64,000 nt of DNA from Parcubacteria group bacterium M6-OD1-4 (GCA_003056205.1 LSNS01000019.1:5630-69629); one strand, 5' to 3'; numbered from the stretch's first letter, positions 10,154 through 21,554 are shown. Made by a program: numbers and translations. The notes: generated by a model from the sequence alone, not told the origin.

Positions 10154-10897
10154 TTATAATAAATTTTCAGCTATTTTTAATTCTTCTTGGCTATTAATCC
10201 CAATAGCCTCCTCCGGTGTAATATTAATAGTCTGTACTGATTTTTTTTGTAAAAAAGCAACCTTAACTAAATCAGTTAAATAATATTCTTGAGCTTGATT
10301 TTTCGCCTGCAAATTATTAATATTTTCCAACAACCAAGAACGATTAAAACTCATGAAGCCAGGATTGACTTCAGTAATTAATTTTTGTTCAGCAGTTGCA
10401 TCTTTAAATTCTACCACCGCTTCTACCTCTTGCTGAGAATTTCTAATAATTCGTCCCCAGTGATAAAAATTTTGATACCAAGTAGAAAAATTTGGTAATT
10501 GAGTAGGCATAATTGTTAACGCGGGGGTTTCGGCAACAGCAAATTTTTGAATTGATTTGGCTTGTAAAAAAGGATGATCACCATATAACACCATAACATT
10601 ATCAATTGCCGAACTGGTCTGACTAAACTGTTCACAAGCACAAGAGACCGCATGTCCTGTCCCTAGCTGCTTCTGCTGTAAAACATATTCTAAATCATAT
10701 TCCTTTAAAGCCTGGCTAATAATATCATAGTTATCTGGAGAAACAACCACTAAGGGACGAGGATCAACCTGAGAAGATTTAATAGCTTCCATGAGATAGG
10801 AAATCATCGGACGATTTTTTAAAGGAACTAATACTTTTGGTAATTCAGAATTCATTCGCGTCCCTTTTCCGGCTGCTAAAACAATAATACGAGTCAT
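10154..10897 (-). CDS. sugar-1-phosphate nucleotidyltransferase (GlmU N-terminal-domain-like, no acetyltransferase domain)
   Basis: 247 aa. LAAGKGTRMNSELPKVL signature of GlmU/nucleotidyltransferase. Lacks the left-handed beta-helix half. Confidence 0.7.
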   Translation of the reverse strand: MTRIIVLAAGKGTRMNSELPKVLVPLKNRPMISYLMEAIKSSQVDPRPLVVVSPDNYDIISQALKEYDLEYVLQQKQLGTGHAVSCACEQFSQTSSAIDNVMVLYGDHPFLQAKSIQKFAVAETPALTIMPTQLPNFSTWYQNFYHWGRIIRNSQQEVEAVVEFKDATAEQKLITEVNPGFMSFNRSWLLENINNLQAKNQAQEYYLTDLVKVAFLQKKSVQTINITPEEAIGINSQEELKIAENLL

Positions 10898-11050
10898 AAA
10901 TTTTAAATTATTTTTTAATAATTAGTTTTTAGATATTAAATTATTCTTAATATAAAACTGATAATTTCATTAATAAACCGAGAAAAGATTAAACTCTTTT
11001 ATATTTTAACATTTTCTAAACTGGAGAGCAAGAATATAATAACTTATATT

Positions 11051-12457
11051 TTACTTAATATAAGCCAAAATTTTCTTCTTAATTTCTCTAATTTTTTTTC
11101 GAGCCAAATTTTGACTAGAAGCTTCCGAATAAATACGTAAAATAGCTTCAGTGTTTGAGGCTCGTAAATGGACCCAGGAATCTGACCAATCTATTTTTAA
11201 ACCATCAAGTCGATTAATTTTTTCCTGAGGATAATCTTGCTGAATTTTATTAAATAATTGCTTTAAATTAATTTGTGTTGGTAAAATCATCTTATCTTTC
11301 ACCATAAAATATTGCGGAAGATCTTGTTTGAGTTGAGACATTGTTCTTTTTGTAGTGGCTAAATAGCTCAAGAACAAAGCAACACCAACTAAGGCATCTC
11401 GTCCATAATGAAGTTGAGGATAAATTACCCCGCCATTTCCTTCACCACCAATAACCGCTTTGATATCTTTCATTTTTTGCACAACATGTAATTCACCAAC
11501 CGCGGATGCTTGATAACTCCCGCCATGACGCTGAGCGATATCGCTCAAAGCTCGAGAAGAAGAAAGATTGGAAACAGTTTTTTTATGATAGGGCTGTGGA
11601 ATTTTGTTCTTTAAAATATAGTCAGCAACGGCTACTAAAGTATATTCCTCGCCAAACATGTTTCCCTGTTCATCAATAAAAGCTAAGCGATCCACGTCCG
11701 GATCAACAACAATGCCAAGATCAGCTTTTTCTTGAAGAACTAATTTTTTAATAGCTGTTAAGTTCTTATCCAGAGGCTCTGGAGAATGAGCAAACTGACC
11801 AGTTGCCGAACAATTTAATTTAATAATATTAGTCACCCCGAGAGCTCCTAAAAGTTGAGGGATAACTAGACCACCAACCGAATTGATACCATCCACGACA
11901 ATCTTAAACTTTTTCTTACGGATTGGTTGTGGCTTAACCAACTTAAGTTTCAAAATCTCTTGAAGATGAAAATCCTGAGCTTTAAGATCTGAGCTATAAA
12001 TCCCGAGCTTATTTTCTGGCGCAGAATCAAATTGAGAGGCTTCTGCTAATTTTAAAATAGTCTGACCCGCCTGAACTGTTAAAAATTCTCCCTGTTGATT
12101 TAAAAATTTCAAAGCATTCCAGCCTTGAGGATTGTGGGAAGCAGTAATAATAATTCCTCCCTGAGCTTGATGCTTAATCACTAACATTTCCACGGTCGGG
12201 GTGGTGGCTAAATCTAAATCAATAACACTGATTCCTTGATTTAAAAGGGTTCCGATAACCAATTTCTTAATCATGAGACCTGAAGGACGGGCATCACGCC
12301 CAATAACTATTTTAATATTTTTACATTTTAGACAAGATGGCTTAATAAGGGAAGCGTAGGCCGCAGTAAATTTTACAATATCTAACAAACTTAAATTTGT
12401 TCCTTCCTGCCCGCCAACTGTCCCCCGAATGCCAGAGATAGATTTTATTAAAGGCAT
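11051..12457 (-). CDS. phosphohexomutase (phosphoglucosamine/phosphomannomutase family)
   Basis: 468 aa. Active-site TASHNP, metal loop DPDVDR, GEGNGG sugar-binding loop. Confidence 0.8.
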   Translation of the reverse strand: MPLIKSISGIRGTVGGQEGTNLSLLDIVKFTAAYASLIKPSCLKCKNIKIVIGRDARPSGLMIKKLVIGTLLNQGISVIDLDLATTPTVEMLVIKHQAQGGIIITASHNPQGWNALKFLNQQGEFLTVQAGQTILKLAEASQFDSAPENKLGIYSSDLKAQDFHLQEILKLKLVKPQPIRKKKFKIVVDGINSVGGLVIPQLLGALGVTNIIKLNCSATGQFAHSPEPLDKNLTAIKKLVLQEKADLGIVVDPDVDRLAFIDEQGNMFGEEYTLVAVADYILKNKIPQPYHKKTVSNLSSSRALSDIAQRHGGSYQASAVGELHVVQKMKDIKAVIGGEGNGGVIYPQLHYGRDALVGVALFLSYLATTKRTMSQLKQDLPQYFMVKDKMILPTQINLKQLFNKIQQDYPQEKINRLDGLKIDWSDSWVHLRASNTEAILRIYSEASSQNLARKKIREIKKKILAYIK

Positions 12458-12577
12458 AAATTTTAAAAATAATTAATACTTAAAGCTCTAACTCTATTAT
12501 AACATGTTAATTGCTAATTTCCTTAATAACTTTTATTACTAAAAATTAAAATTTTTCCCAACAAAAAAACACCATTG

Positions 12578-12694
12578 TTCTGGCGGCGACCTACTTTCCC
12601 AGGGCTCAGGCCCAAGTATCATCGGCGCTGGAGGACTTAACTTCTGAGTTCGGAATGGAATCAGGTGTGACCCCTCCGCTCAAAACCACCAGAA
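12578..12694 (-). rRNA. rrf: 5S rRNA
   Basis: Reverse complement reads TTCTGGTGGTTTTGAGCGGAGGGGTCACACCTGATTCCATTCCGAACTCAGAAGTTAAG...GGGAAAGTAGGTCGCCGCCAGAA. Terminal helix is extended by flanking ACCATTG/CAATGGT. Confidence 0.9.
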
Positions 12695-13104
12695 CAATGG
12701 TGTCTTTCGGATTCATTATTTAACAATAAAAAAGAAGAATTATAAATAATGAAAATAATAATTTTATTTTAGAGAAAGTATCAAAAAAATAAAGAATGTT
12801 TAAAAATAAAAGTGTGGGAAAATCAAATGACTTATTAGTACCGCTCCGCTCAATCCATTACTGGACTTACACGTACGGCCTATCAAGGTTATATTCTCTA
12901 ACCAGTCTATGAAACCTAATCTCAGAGACAGCTTCGCGCTTATATGCTTTCAGCGCTTATCTAAACCGAAGGTAGCTACCCTGCAGTGCTCTTGGGAGAA
13001 CAGCAGGTACACTAGAGCTTCGTCCTTCCCGGTCCTCTCGTACTAAGGAAGGGCCTCTTCAAGTTTCCACGACCACAGTGGATAGGAGACCGACCTGTCT
13101 TACG

Positions 13105-13836
13105 CATATTAATCACTTATTACTAAGTGTATGGACTATACCTTCACCCTGCAGACAACAGGGGGTTGACGTGTTAGCGTTCTAACGAACACTCTATCCT
13201 TATTTTGGATAAGTCTCTAAGGGGTTAAATTATGTTTAATTCGTTTTTTAGAATAATTAAGTGTTCTAAATTTCTCAATTAATTCTGCTAATTCAATAAA
13301 ATTTTGTCTGTCCTTCATCTTTTTCTTGCGATCAAGAATCTGGAGCATTAAATTAGCCTGGGTTTGTTTAAGAATTAAATATTTTTTAATTTGCTGTAAA
13401 AAATCTTTAATATCTGCTTGACGATTTAAGGTATATTCTAAAATACCATCTTTTCTCTCGCGCCAAACACCACCACCAATCAAAGCGATTAATTTTCTAA
13501 ATTTGTCTTCCTCTTTTTTAGCCTGGAAGAAAACAACAAATGGAGCAATCTGGTAATTAAATCTATAATCTGTATTAGGTTTTAATCGGACATAAATACT
13601 TCCATCTCCATCTAAAAACCCTGCTAAATACGCTCTTTGATTTGTGGTTAAACGATTAATCATAATAAACTTCCCTCGGTATTATCCTAACATATAACGA
13701 ATCATTCCGAAATATACTAGGGTTTCACCGATATGAGTCAACTTCTCATTTAACATTACTGCTAAACGCCGCCGTAAATAAATTTGATGTCATCACCGGA
13801 TTCAGAGTGTTTAAAAGCCAAAATTTTAGCTTCTAA
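13105..13836 (-). mobile_element. group I intron in 23S rRNA domain V, carrying a homing-endonuclease ORF
   Basis: Removing 13105..13836 restores the collinear conserved sequence ...GGGTTCAGACCGT|CGTAAGACAGG.... The 5' exon ends in U and the intron ends in G (group I rule). The insert contains a LAGLIDADG ORF in the same orientation. Confidence 0.75.
13217..13663 (-). CDS. LAGLIDADG homing endonuclease (single-motif, I-CreI-like size)
   Basis: 148 aa. Motif LAGFLDGDGSIYV near the N-terminus. Lies wholly inside the 23S insertion. Confidence 0.85.
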   Translation of the reverse strand: MINRLTTNQRAYLAGFLDGDGSIYVRLKPNTDYRFNYQIAPFVVFFQAKKEEDKFRKLIALIGGGVWRERKDGILEYTLNRQADIKDFLQQIKKYLILKQTQANLMLQILDRKKKMKDRQNFIELAELIEKFRTLNYSKKRIKHNLTP

Positions 13837-13840
13837 ACGG

Positions 13841-13893
<53 letters not shown>

Positions 13894-13903
13894 GCTTCTT
13901 CAC

Positions 13904-13936
<33 letters not shown>

Positions 13937-14424
13937 GAACCAGGTCGTCGATATGGACTCTTGGACCTGACTAGCCTGTTATCCCCGGAGTAGCTTTTAT
14001 CCGATGAGCTTCCACCATCCTATATTGAATGGTCGGATCACTAAGTTCCGCTTTCGCGACTGCTTGACTTGTAGGTCTCGCAGTAAAGCCAGCTTGTGCC
14101 TTTACACTATCTCTCGGGTTTCCATTCCGAGATAGCTGACCTTTGTAAACGCCTCCGTTACTTTTTGGGAGGCATCCGCCCCAGACAAACTACCCGCCAG
14201 ACACTGTCCCCCGCTATTGCGAGGTGAGAATTAAAAACAGACAAGGGTGGTATCTCACTGGCGCCCGAAGGCTCCCACCTATTCTGAACATGTGTGACTC
14301 TAATTCAATATCAAGTTGTAGTAAAGCTTCACGGGGTCTTTTCGTCCAACTGTGGTTAACGAGCATCTTTACTCGTATTGCAATTTCGCCGAGTACTTCG
14401 TTGAGACAGTGCCCAAGTGGTTAA

Positions 14425-14477
<53 letters not shown>

Positions 14478-15964
14478 GATTATAGTTATCGCCGGCGTTC
14501 ATCCGCGCTTGAATTCAAAGCTTTGCACCGAAGTGCTAACCTCTCCTCTTAACGTTCGGACACTGGCCAGGCATCACCCTCTATACATCCTCTTACGAGT
14601 TAGCAGAGAGCTATGTTTTTGGTAAACAGTCCCTTGGGCTCTTTAGCTGCGGCCCTCTTGCGAGGGCAGGCCTTATCTCTAAATTACGGCCGCTGTTTTG
14701 CCGAGTTCCTTAACGAAGTTTCTCTCGTACATCTGAGGCTTCTCGCCTCACCTACCTGTGTTGGTTTGCGGTACGATTACTATTGTCTTAGCCCTAGAGG
14801 TTTTTCTAGTCAGCTCATCCACTTAAATTGATTTCACCTTGCGGCTTCGTCTTTTCACAATCCTTGGGAATCATTGGCCCGGATTTACCTAGACCATTCC
14901 TCAAAATTGCAAACGCACATACCATAGCACGCTTAAACTTTAAAGCTGCGTCCCCCCATCGGAAAACAACAGTAGTGACGGAATATTAACCGTCTTATCC
15001 ATCGGCTGGCACCCGCACTACACGGGTTGCGCCTTAGGATCGACTAACCCTGGGTCGATTTTCGTTGCCCAGGAAACCTTAGGTTTTCGATGGGCGGGGT
15101 TTTAACCCGCCTTCTTGCTACTCATGCCAACATTCTCCCTTCTCTCCGCTCCACCACGCCTCACAACGTGACTTCAACGCTGAAGAGAATGCTCCTCTAC
15201 CACTCCCTAAAATAAATTAGGAAGTTCACATCTTCGGTACTATGCTTAAGCCCCGGTAAATTTTCGGCGCGAAACAACTTGATTAGTGAGCTATTACGCT
15301 ATCTTTAAAGGATGGCTGCTTCTAAGCCAACCTCCTAACTGTCGTAGTCACAACACCACCTTTCACACTTAGCATAAATTTAGGGACCTTAGATTGTGAT
15401 CTGGGCTGTTTCCCTTTCGACTGATGGACCTTAGCGCCCATAGTCTGACTGCCGGACTATACCCCCAAGTATTCGGAGTTTGATTGAAGACGGTATCTTA
15501 CGACCCGCCCTCATCCAGTGCTCTACCCCCTGAGGTCAACATCCGACGCTAGCCCTAAAGCTATTTCGAGGAGAACCAGCTATTGCCGAGTTCGATTACA
15601 ATTTCTGCGCTAACCACAAGTCATCCCATAGTGTTGCACGGCTATTGGGTTCGGTCCTCCATTCGTCTTTCGACGAACTTCAACCTGCTCATGGTTAGAT
15701 CACCCGGCTTCGGGTCTTGTCCAGGCGACGTGTACTTCACTTTTAACGCACTAATCAAATACTAATGCGTAAAAGTGAAGCACAATACGGGCTATTAACC
15801 CTCGCTTTCACTATGCATACTCTCCAGAGGAGATTATGCCAGCCACCTAGAACAAACTCGTTGGCTCATTCTTCAATAGGCACGCCGTCACTCCTGTAAA
15901 CAGAAGCTCCGACTCTTTGTAAGTATATGGTTTCAGGTACTATTTCACCTCCCTCAACGGGATG

Positions 15965-16001
<37 letters not shown>

Positions 16002-16703
16002 ATCATAAGAAGTATTTAGTCTTAGGTCATAGTCGACCTGGCTTCAGACGGGGTTTCACGAGTCCCGCCCTACTTAAGAACACTAAAACGAAGAGTTATT
16101 TCTTTTCGCTTACCGGGCTATCACCGTCTCTGGCCAAGCTTTCCAGCTTGTTCAACTAAGAAATATCTTTTTTGACTTCGCCCCGTTGATCTGGCAACAG
16201 GCCTTAGGTCTTGCAACCCCAAAAAAACATATGGTTCCAGAACCTTCTGAAATAAACTTGGCGAACCAAGTTTGTTCCTCAGTTATTTTGGTTTAGACTT
16301 CTCCCCTTTCGCTCGCCACTACTTAGGGAATGATTATTATTCTCTTTTCCTCCAGCTACTAAGATGTTTCAGTTCGCCGGGTCTTCCAGCCCACCTTAAA
16401 GGTTGGGCTTCCTCTATCTTCCATAGAGGGGGTTTCCCCATTCGGAAATCTGCGGGTCAAAGGTTGCTTGCCACCTGACCGCAGCTTATCGCAGGCTGCT
16501 ACGTCCTTCATCGTCTTCTTATGTCAAGGCATCCACCATACACTCTTAACGTGATTTTCCCACGCTTTTATTTTTAAAGCTACAAAAAGCGTGCTTTTTA
16601 ATGTTTCAATACAGCTCCTTAAATCTTGACGAAAAAAAAAGATATTAAGGAATAAAACATTAGATTCTTTACTTATATTTTTGATGTCTTTACTCTAATT
16701 AGA

Positions 16704-16716
16704 TTGTTAAAGGACG
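16704..16716 (-). promoter_or_regulatory. boxA-like antitermination element in the rRNA leader
   Basis: Minus-strand sequence CGTCCTTTAACAA resembles rrn boxA (TGCTCTTTAACAA). Lies between the promoter and the 23S 5' end, just after a hairpin. Confidence 0.5.
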
Positions 16717-16723
16717 AGGGCGC

Positions 16724-16746
16724 AAAAAAACCGCTGTGAGGCGGTT
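16724..16746 (-). promoter_or_regulatory. leader hairpin plus U-tract (boxB-like stem-loop or leader terminator)
   Basis: Minus strand AACCGC-CTCACA-GCGGTT followed by TTTTT. Sits downstream of the rRNA promoter and directly upstream of boxA. Confidence 0.4.
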
Positions 16747-16853
16747 CTAAGTAATCGCAAAATAGCCAATTATTAGAATCGCTTATGGAGTCGGAAACTT
16801 AAATGTTTTTTCATATATTTCTGGCTTTTGCAGCCCTGTTAAAACTGTTAACA

Positions 16854-16882
16854 ATTATAAACTTTAAGAAAAATAATGTCAA
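16854..16882 (-). promoter_or_regulatory. sigma70-type promoter of the 23S-5S unit
   Basis: Minus strand TTGACA (16882-16877), 17-nt spacer, TATAAT (16859-16854). Perfect consensus about 300 nt upstream of the 23S 5' end. Confidence 0.6.
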
Positions 16883-16962
16883 GGGGGGATAAGGTGTGGA
16901 GAAAAATGCGAATTATTAACTTTTAAAATTCTAATATTAATTAATAAAAAATGGGGAAAGAT

Positions 16963-16987
16963 AAAAAAAATAAGCCAGATTGGCTTA
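16963..16987 (-). terminator. intrinsic terminator after pilT
   Basis: Minus strand TAAGCCA-ATC-TGGCTTA followed by T8, 27 nt after the pilT stop. Confidence 0.65.
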
Positions 16988-17013
16988 AATAAAAAATAAT
17001 TTTTTTAGCTACT

Positions 17014-18072
17014 TTAGCTATTTAAAATATTAATATTTTCAATATTTCTTTCAGCAACCTCCCGACTAATTTCTCCCGCTTGATATAATTCTTTAAGATG
17101 TTTATCCATGGTAATCATCCCCTGTGATGATCCAGTTTCAATTATACTTTCAATTTGTTCTAGTTTCCCTTCACGAATGAGATTGGCCACCGCTTTATTA
17201 TTAATTAAAATTTCCCGAGTGGCAATTCTTCCTCCTTGTTGACGAGGTAATAGACGTTGAGAAATAACGGCACTTAAGACGTTAGATAATTGTGACTTAA
17301 TTTGATTTTGTTGATAAGGCGGAAAACTATCGATAATTCGATCAATCGTTTGCGCCGCACTATAAGTGTGCAAAGTGGCTAAAACCAAATGGCCAGTTTC
17401 TGCTAAAGTAACTGCGGCTGAAATAGTTTCTAAATCACGCATCTCTCCCAACATAATAATATTCGGATCCTGTCGTAAAACATGTTTTAAACCACTATTA
17501 AAAGTAAGCATGTCCGTTCCGAGTTGACGCTGAGAAATAATACTTTTCTCAGGAGAAAAAATATATTCAATAGGATCTTCTAGGGTGACAATATTATAAC
17601 TATAGTGGCTATTCAGATGATTAATCATTGCTGCTAAACTTGTGGATTTCCCACAGCCAGTCGGTCCAGTAACAAGAATAAAACCTTGAGTTAACTTTAA
17701 TAGTTCTTCAACAATAGGTGGCATACCAATCTCTTCTAGGGTTTGCTTCTGGTCGGAAATTATTCGTGCCACAATGCTAATATTATTTTTTTCATAAGCA
17801 AAATTAAGACGGTAACGATAAGTGTCTATTTGATAACCAAGATCTAAATCACGTTCTTCTAAAAATCGTGTTTTTTGTTTTTCCGTTAATAAACGATCAA
17901 TAAAAATTTCCAAATTGGTATTAGTCAAAGCGGCAAACTTTTCATGACTAACAACTTGATTTAAATCTACCAACTCGCCATCAATTCGTAAGATGGGAGG
18001 TTGGCCAGATAAGAGATGAATATCCGAAGCTTGATTATCGGCGGCTAATTTTAAAAGATTGTTAATATCCAT
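17014..18072 (-). CDS. pilT: type IV pilus retraction ATPase PilT
   Basis: 352 aa. Walker A GPTGCGKST, Asp box, Walker B IIMLGEMRD, His box TLHT. PilT-like length. Confidence 0.85.
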   Translation of the reverse strand: MDINNLLKLAADNQASDIHLLSGQPPILRIDGELVDLNQVVSHEKFAALTNTNLEIFIDRLLTEKQKTRFLEERDLDLGYQIDTYRYRLNFAYEKNNISIVARIISDQKQTLEEIGMPPIVEELLKLTQGFILVTGPTGCGKSTSLAAMINHLNSHYSYNIVTLEDPIEYIFSPEKSIISQRQLGTDMLTFNSGLKHVLRQDPNIIMLGEMRDLETISAAVTLAETGHLVLATLHTYSAAQTIDRIIDSFPPYQQNQIKSQLSNVLSAVISQRLLPRQQGGRIATREILINNKAVANLIREGKLEQIESIIETGSSQGMITMDKHLKELYQAGEISREVAERNIENINILNS

Positions 18073-18088
18073 AAATTTAATTATTTAT

Positions 18089-18787
18089 TTACCAAGACAT
18101 TTTTTTAATTCCTTGAGCAGCGGCCGCTACTTGAGCTTCTTGTTTAGAAGAGCCTTCGCCAGTAGTAATTAATTCTTCATCTAAGTACAGTCCAACGGTA
18201 AAAATTTTGGCATGATCTGGACCACGTTCATCTAAAATTTGGTAGTGGGGCGTAATCCCCCGCACTTCCTGAGCTTTCTCTTGAAAATGAGATTTAGGAT
18301 CAAGATAAGATTGACTACGTAAAATATCATCAAGCTTAGACACAACATGTTTTAAAATAAACTTTTTCACTGGGCCGATACCCTGATCAAGATACATGGC
18401 ACCAATAATCGCTTCTACTGAATCCGCTAAAATAAATTGCCGTGATTTTTTATTTTTATCACGAGCCTCTCCTTTTGATAAATATAAACAACTTTCAACT
18501 TCTAGTTCTCGGGCAACTTCATAAAGCATCTTAGAATTGACTAGCGAAGCTCGCCAATTAGTCATGTCACCTTCTGGAGTATCAGGAAAACTTAAATATA
18601 AGAATTCAGTAACAATAATCTCTAACACGGCATCACCAAGAAATTCTAAGCGTTCATTATGACCAAGCTTGAACTCGGGATGTTCATTAAGATAAGAACG
18701 ATGAACTAAGGCTTGTTTTAAAAGCTGTTCATTTTTAAACTTAATATCTAAGCGTTGTTGTAATTTTGTTAAAGCTTTATTGTCCAT
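18089..18787 (-). CDS. rnc: ribonuclease III
   Basis: 232 aa. Signature NERLEFLGDAVL plus C-terminal dsRBD. Confidence 0.9.
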   Translation of the reverse strand: MDNKALTKLQQRLDIKFKNEQLLKQALVHRSYLNEHPEFKLGHNERLEFLGDAVLEIIVTEFLYLSFPDTPEGDMTNWRASLVNSKMLYEVARELEVESCLYLSKGEARDKNKKSRQFILADSVEAIIGAMYLDQGIGPVKKFILKHVVSKLDDILRSQSYLDPKSHFQEKAQEVRGITPHYQILDERGPDHAKIFTVGLYLDEELITTGEGSSKQEAQVAAAAQGIKKMSW

Positions 18788-18822
18788 ATTATGAACTACA
18801 ACATCACTAAGGTGATGTTAAA

Positions 18823-19365
18823 TTATTTATTATTTTCTTTAGCAACTTTTTCTACTGCAGGAGAAGTAGTTTTTGGCTTAGTGTTTTTTGATTCCGTTTC
18901 ATCAGCCTGATTTTGGGTAGTTTTGATCTCTTTTTTATTATCGCGAACTTTAATTTCTGGTTGATCATTATATAAGGCCCCAAGAACACCGTTAACAAAT
19001 TTGCCCGAAGCATCGCCACCAAAAGCTTTAGCAACTTCAATCGCTTCATTGATAGCGACCCGGGGAGGAATATCTGTTTTTAACAATTCATAAATACCAA
19101 GGCGTAAAATATTACGATCAATAGTATTAATTTGGTCTAAAGGCCATTCGGTGGCATATTGAACAATATAACGATCAATAATTTTCAAATTATCATGAAC
19201 ACCTTTAACTAATTTTTCGACAAAACCACCATCATCAAAATTAGGAGCAAAATTAGCAAAATTATTCACAATTAAAGCTTGCAGATCTTCGGTTTTTTGA
19301 CCATTAAAATCCCAAGCAAACAGGGTTTGTAGCGCAATAGTCCGAGCTAGATGACGATTGGACAT
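18823..19365 (-). CDS. nusB: transcription antitermination factor NusB with K/T/E-rich C-terminal tail
   Basis: 180 aa. N-terminal [15 protein letters not shown] and the [14 protein letters not shown] core of NusB, plus about 45 aa of low-complexity tail. Confidence 0.85.
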   Translation of the reverse strand: MSNRHLARTIALQTLFAWDFNGQKTEDLQALIVNNFANFAPNFDDGGFVEKLVKGVHDNLKIIDRYIVQYATEWPLDQINTIDRNILRLGIYELLKTDIPPRVAINEAIEVAKAFGGDASGKFVNGVLGALYNDQPEIKVRDNKKEIKTTQNQADETESKNTKPKTTSPAVEKVAKENNK

Positions 19366-19373
19366 AATTTATT

Positions 19374-19577
19374 TTACTTATTTTTCTTTGATGTGGATTT
19401 CAATTTAACCTTAATAACTTCCTTCCCTTGGTAGTGTCCACAAACAGCACAAACGGTATGTGGTTTTAAGGCTTGACCACACTTCGGACATTTATTTAAA
19501 ACAACTTTTTTAAGAGCCAAATGTGAACGACCCTGATGAGTAGAGCTGTGAGTTTTCTGTTTTTTAGGATTAGCCAT
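19374..19577 (-). CDS. rpmF: 50S ribosomal protein L32
   Basis: 67 aa. MANPKKQKTHSSTHQGRSH start and CPKCG...CAVCG zinc ribbon. Confidence 0.85.
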   Translation of the reverse strand: MANPKKQKTHSSTHQGRSHLALKKVVLNKCPKCGQALKPHTVCAVCGHYQGKEVIKVKLKSTSKKNK

Positions 19578-19681
19578 ATAAGTCTGAGCAATGAAGTTCT
19601 AAAAATTATTAAAATTTCTTAACACTATTGACGTTGAACTCTTAATAAATTCTAAAGCTTCTTTTTATAATTTATAATTTT

Positions 19682-19709
19682 AGTATAACTTAAAGTGAAC
19701 TTTAGTCAA
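19682..19709 (-). promoter_or_regulatory. candidate promoter upstream of rpmF
   Basis: Minus strand TTGACT, 16 nt, TATACT, about 105 nt upstream of the rpmF ATG. Confidence 0.35.
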
Positions 19710-19727
19710 ACTCTCGTTCTCAAAAAA

Positions 19728-21554
19728 TTATTTTGTAGGTTTGGGCCCAACGATACTTTCAAATTCAGTTTTTTCAATAGTTTCTTGCTTCAAGAGAACG
19801 GCTACAATTTTTTCCAAAGCTTCTCGATGATCAGTAATAATTAAATTAGCCTTATCTTTAGCTTGTTGAATAAAGTTAAAAATTTCTTCATCAATCTTTT
19901 CGGCAATCTTTTCACTATAATTTCGTTGTTCATGGATTTCTCGACCCAAGAAAATCATCTCTTCTTTTTCACCATAAGTCCTGGGACCAAGGTGATCACT
20001 CATTCCATAATCAGTGACTAAACTACGAGCTAAAGCTGTCGCTCGTCGTAAATCAGAAGTTGCTCCAGTGGTGACTTCTCCAAAAATAACTTTTTCTACT
20101 AGATGCCCGCCTAATAAAACAGCAATCTCAGAAATAAACTCTGATTTAGTATGCATGTGATGATCTTCAGACGGAACTTTTAAAGTATAACCACCAGCGG
20201 CTCCTCGAGAAATAATCGAAATCTTATGAACGGGGTCAACACTTGGTGAAAAGTGAGCCACGAGAGCGTGCCCTGCTTCATGATAGGCGGTAATCTTTTT
20301 TTCTTGATTAGTAATTACCCGACTTTTACGTTCTGGTCCAATCATCACTTTCTCAATAGCTTCGAATAAATCAGGATTAATAATTTCATGGCGATCACTA
20401 CGTGCTGCTAAAATAGCAGCTTCATTAAGAATATTAGCCAAATCAGCTCCGGAAAAACCAGAGGTTCTTTCAGCAACAATTTTTAAATTAACTTCTTTGG
20501 CAAGTGGTTTATGACGACTATGAACTTTTAAAATTGCTTCCCGATCTTTCAGATCTGGTAAATCAATAGTAACCCGACGATCAAAACGTCCAGGACGTAA
20601 TAATGCTGGATCTAAAACATCGGGGCGATTAGTAGCGGCAATAACAATAATGTTTTCTGTTGGTTCAAATCCGTCCATTTCTACTAAAATTTGATTAAGA
20701 GTTTGTTCACGTTCATCGTGTGAACCGCCCAGACCAGCTCCTCGTCGACGTCCGACAGCATCAATCTCGTCAATAAATAAAATACAAGGAGCACTTTTCT
20801 TCGCTTTTTGGAAAAGAGAACGCACTCGACTGGCGCCGACGCCTACAAACATTTCCACAAATTCAGAACCCGACATATGGAAAAATGGTACCTGAGCTTC
20901 CCCGGCTACTGACCGAGCTAATAAAGTTTTCCCAGTCCCCGGAGCCCCTAATAATAATACACCACGTGGAATACGGGCCCCAAGATTATGAAACTTTTTA
21001 GGAAACTTTAAAAACTCAACAATTTCTTGTAATTCTTCTTTGGCTTCTTTTGCTCCAGCAACATCCTTAAAACTAGTTTTATTTTTTTCTTCAGGATTAA
21101 AATCTTTAGCAATTGACTGTCCAAAACTCATTGCTTTGGAGTTTGCGCCTTGCAAACCACGCATCATAAAATATAAAAATACTCCAATTAAAAGAAATGG
21201 CAAAACAAAAGGAATAACATTACTTAACCAATAATTCCAACCGCTATTATCTTTAACTGAAATTTTTATTTTAGCAATTTTAGTTGGAGAAACTTTAAAG
21301 TTATTTAAAAGATCTGAAAGGGAATCAGTGGTTTCCTTTTGGACAATCTCACTTTGACCATTTTTCAGAGTAACGTGAATTTTATTGTCTACAACTACTA
21401 GTTGATTTATTTGTTCGGAATTAATTTGATTAATTAAAGCCTCTAAACCAACGGTTTTACTTTTTTTATTTGTTGCTGAAAAGGAACTAAAAACCGCCGC
21501 TATCAATAAGAAAATAGTGAAAAACAATAAAACATTTCTAATTAATTTTTTCAT
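19728..21554 (-). CDS. ftsH: ATP-dependent zinc metalloprotease FtsH
   Basis: Walker [12 protein letters not shown] region, HEAGHA zinc site, two N-terminal TM helices. The ORF-track start at 21569 is TTG; ATG at 21554 (MKKLIRN) preferred. Confidence 0.95.
   Translation of the reverse strand: MKKLIRNVLLFFTIFLLIAAVFSSFSATNKKSKTVGLEALINQINSEQINQLVVVDNKIHVTLKNGQSEIVQKETTDSLSDLLNNFKVSPTKIAKIKISVKDNSGWNYWLSNVIPFVLPFLLIGVFLYFMMRGLQGANSKAMSFGQSIAKDFNPEEKNKTSFKDVAGAKEAKEELQEIVEFLKFPKKFHNLGARIPRGVLLLGAPGTGKTLLARSVAGEAQVPFFHMSGSEFVEMFVGVGASRVRSLFQKAKKSAPCILFIDEIDAVGRRRGAGLGGSHDEREQTLNQILVEMDGFEPTENIIVIAATNRPDVLDPALLRPGRFDRRVTIDLPDLKDREAILKVHSRHKPLAKEVNLKIVAERTSGFSGADLANILNEAAILAARSDRHEIINPDLFEAIEKVMIGPERKSRVITNQEKKITAYHEAGHALVAHFSPSVDPVHKISIISRGAAGGYTLKVPSEDHHMHTKSEFISEIAVLLGGHLVEKVIFGEVTTGATSDLRRATALARSLVTDYGMSDHLGPRTYGEKEEMIFLGREIHEQRNYSEKIAEKIDEEIFNFIQQAKDKANLIITDHREALEKIVAVLLKQETIEKTEFESIVGPKPTK

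Noticed and set aside
16760-16801. 13-codon mini-ORF (MKKHLSFRLHKRF) in the rRNA leader.
   Set aside because: It is too short, has no supporting signal, and would be expected by chance. It is mentioned only as context for the leader hairpin.
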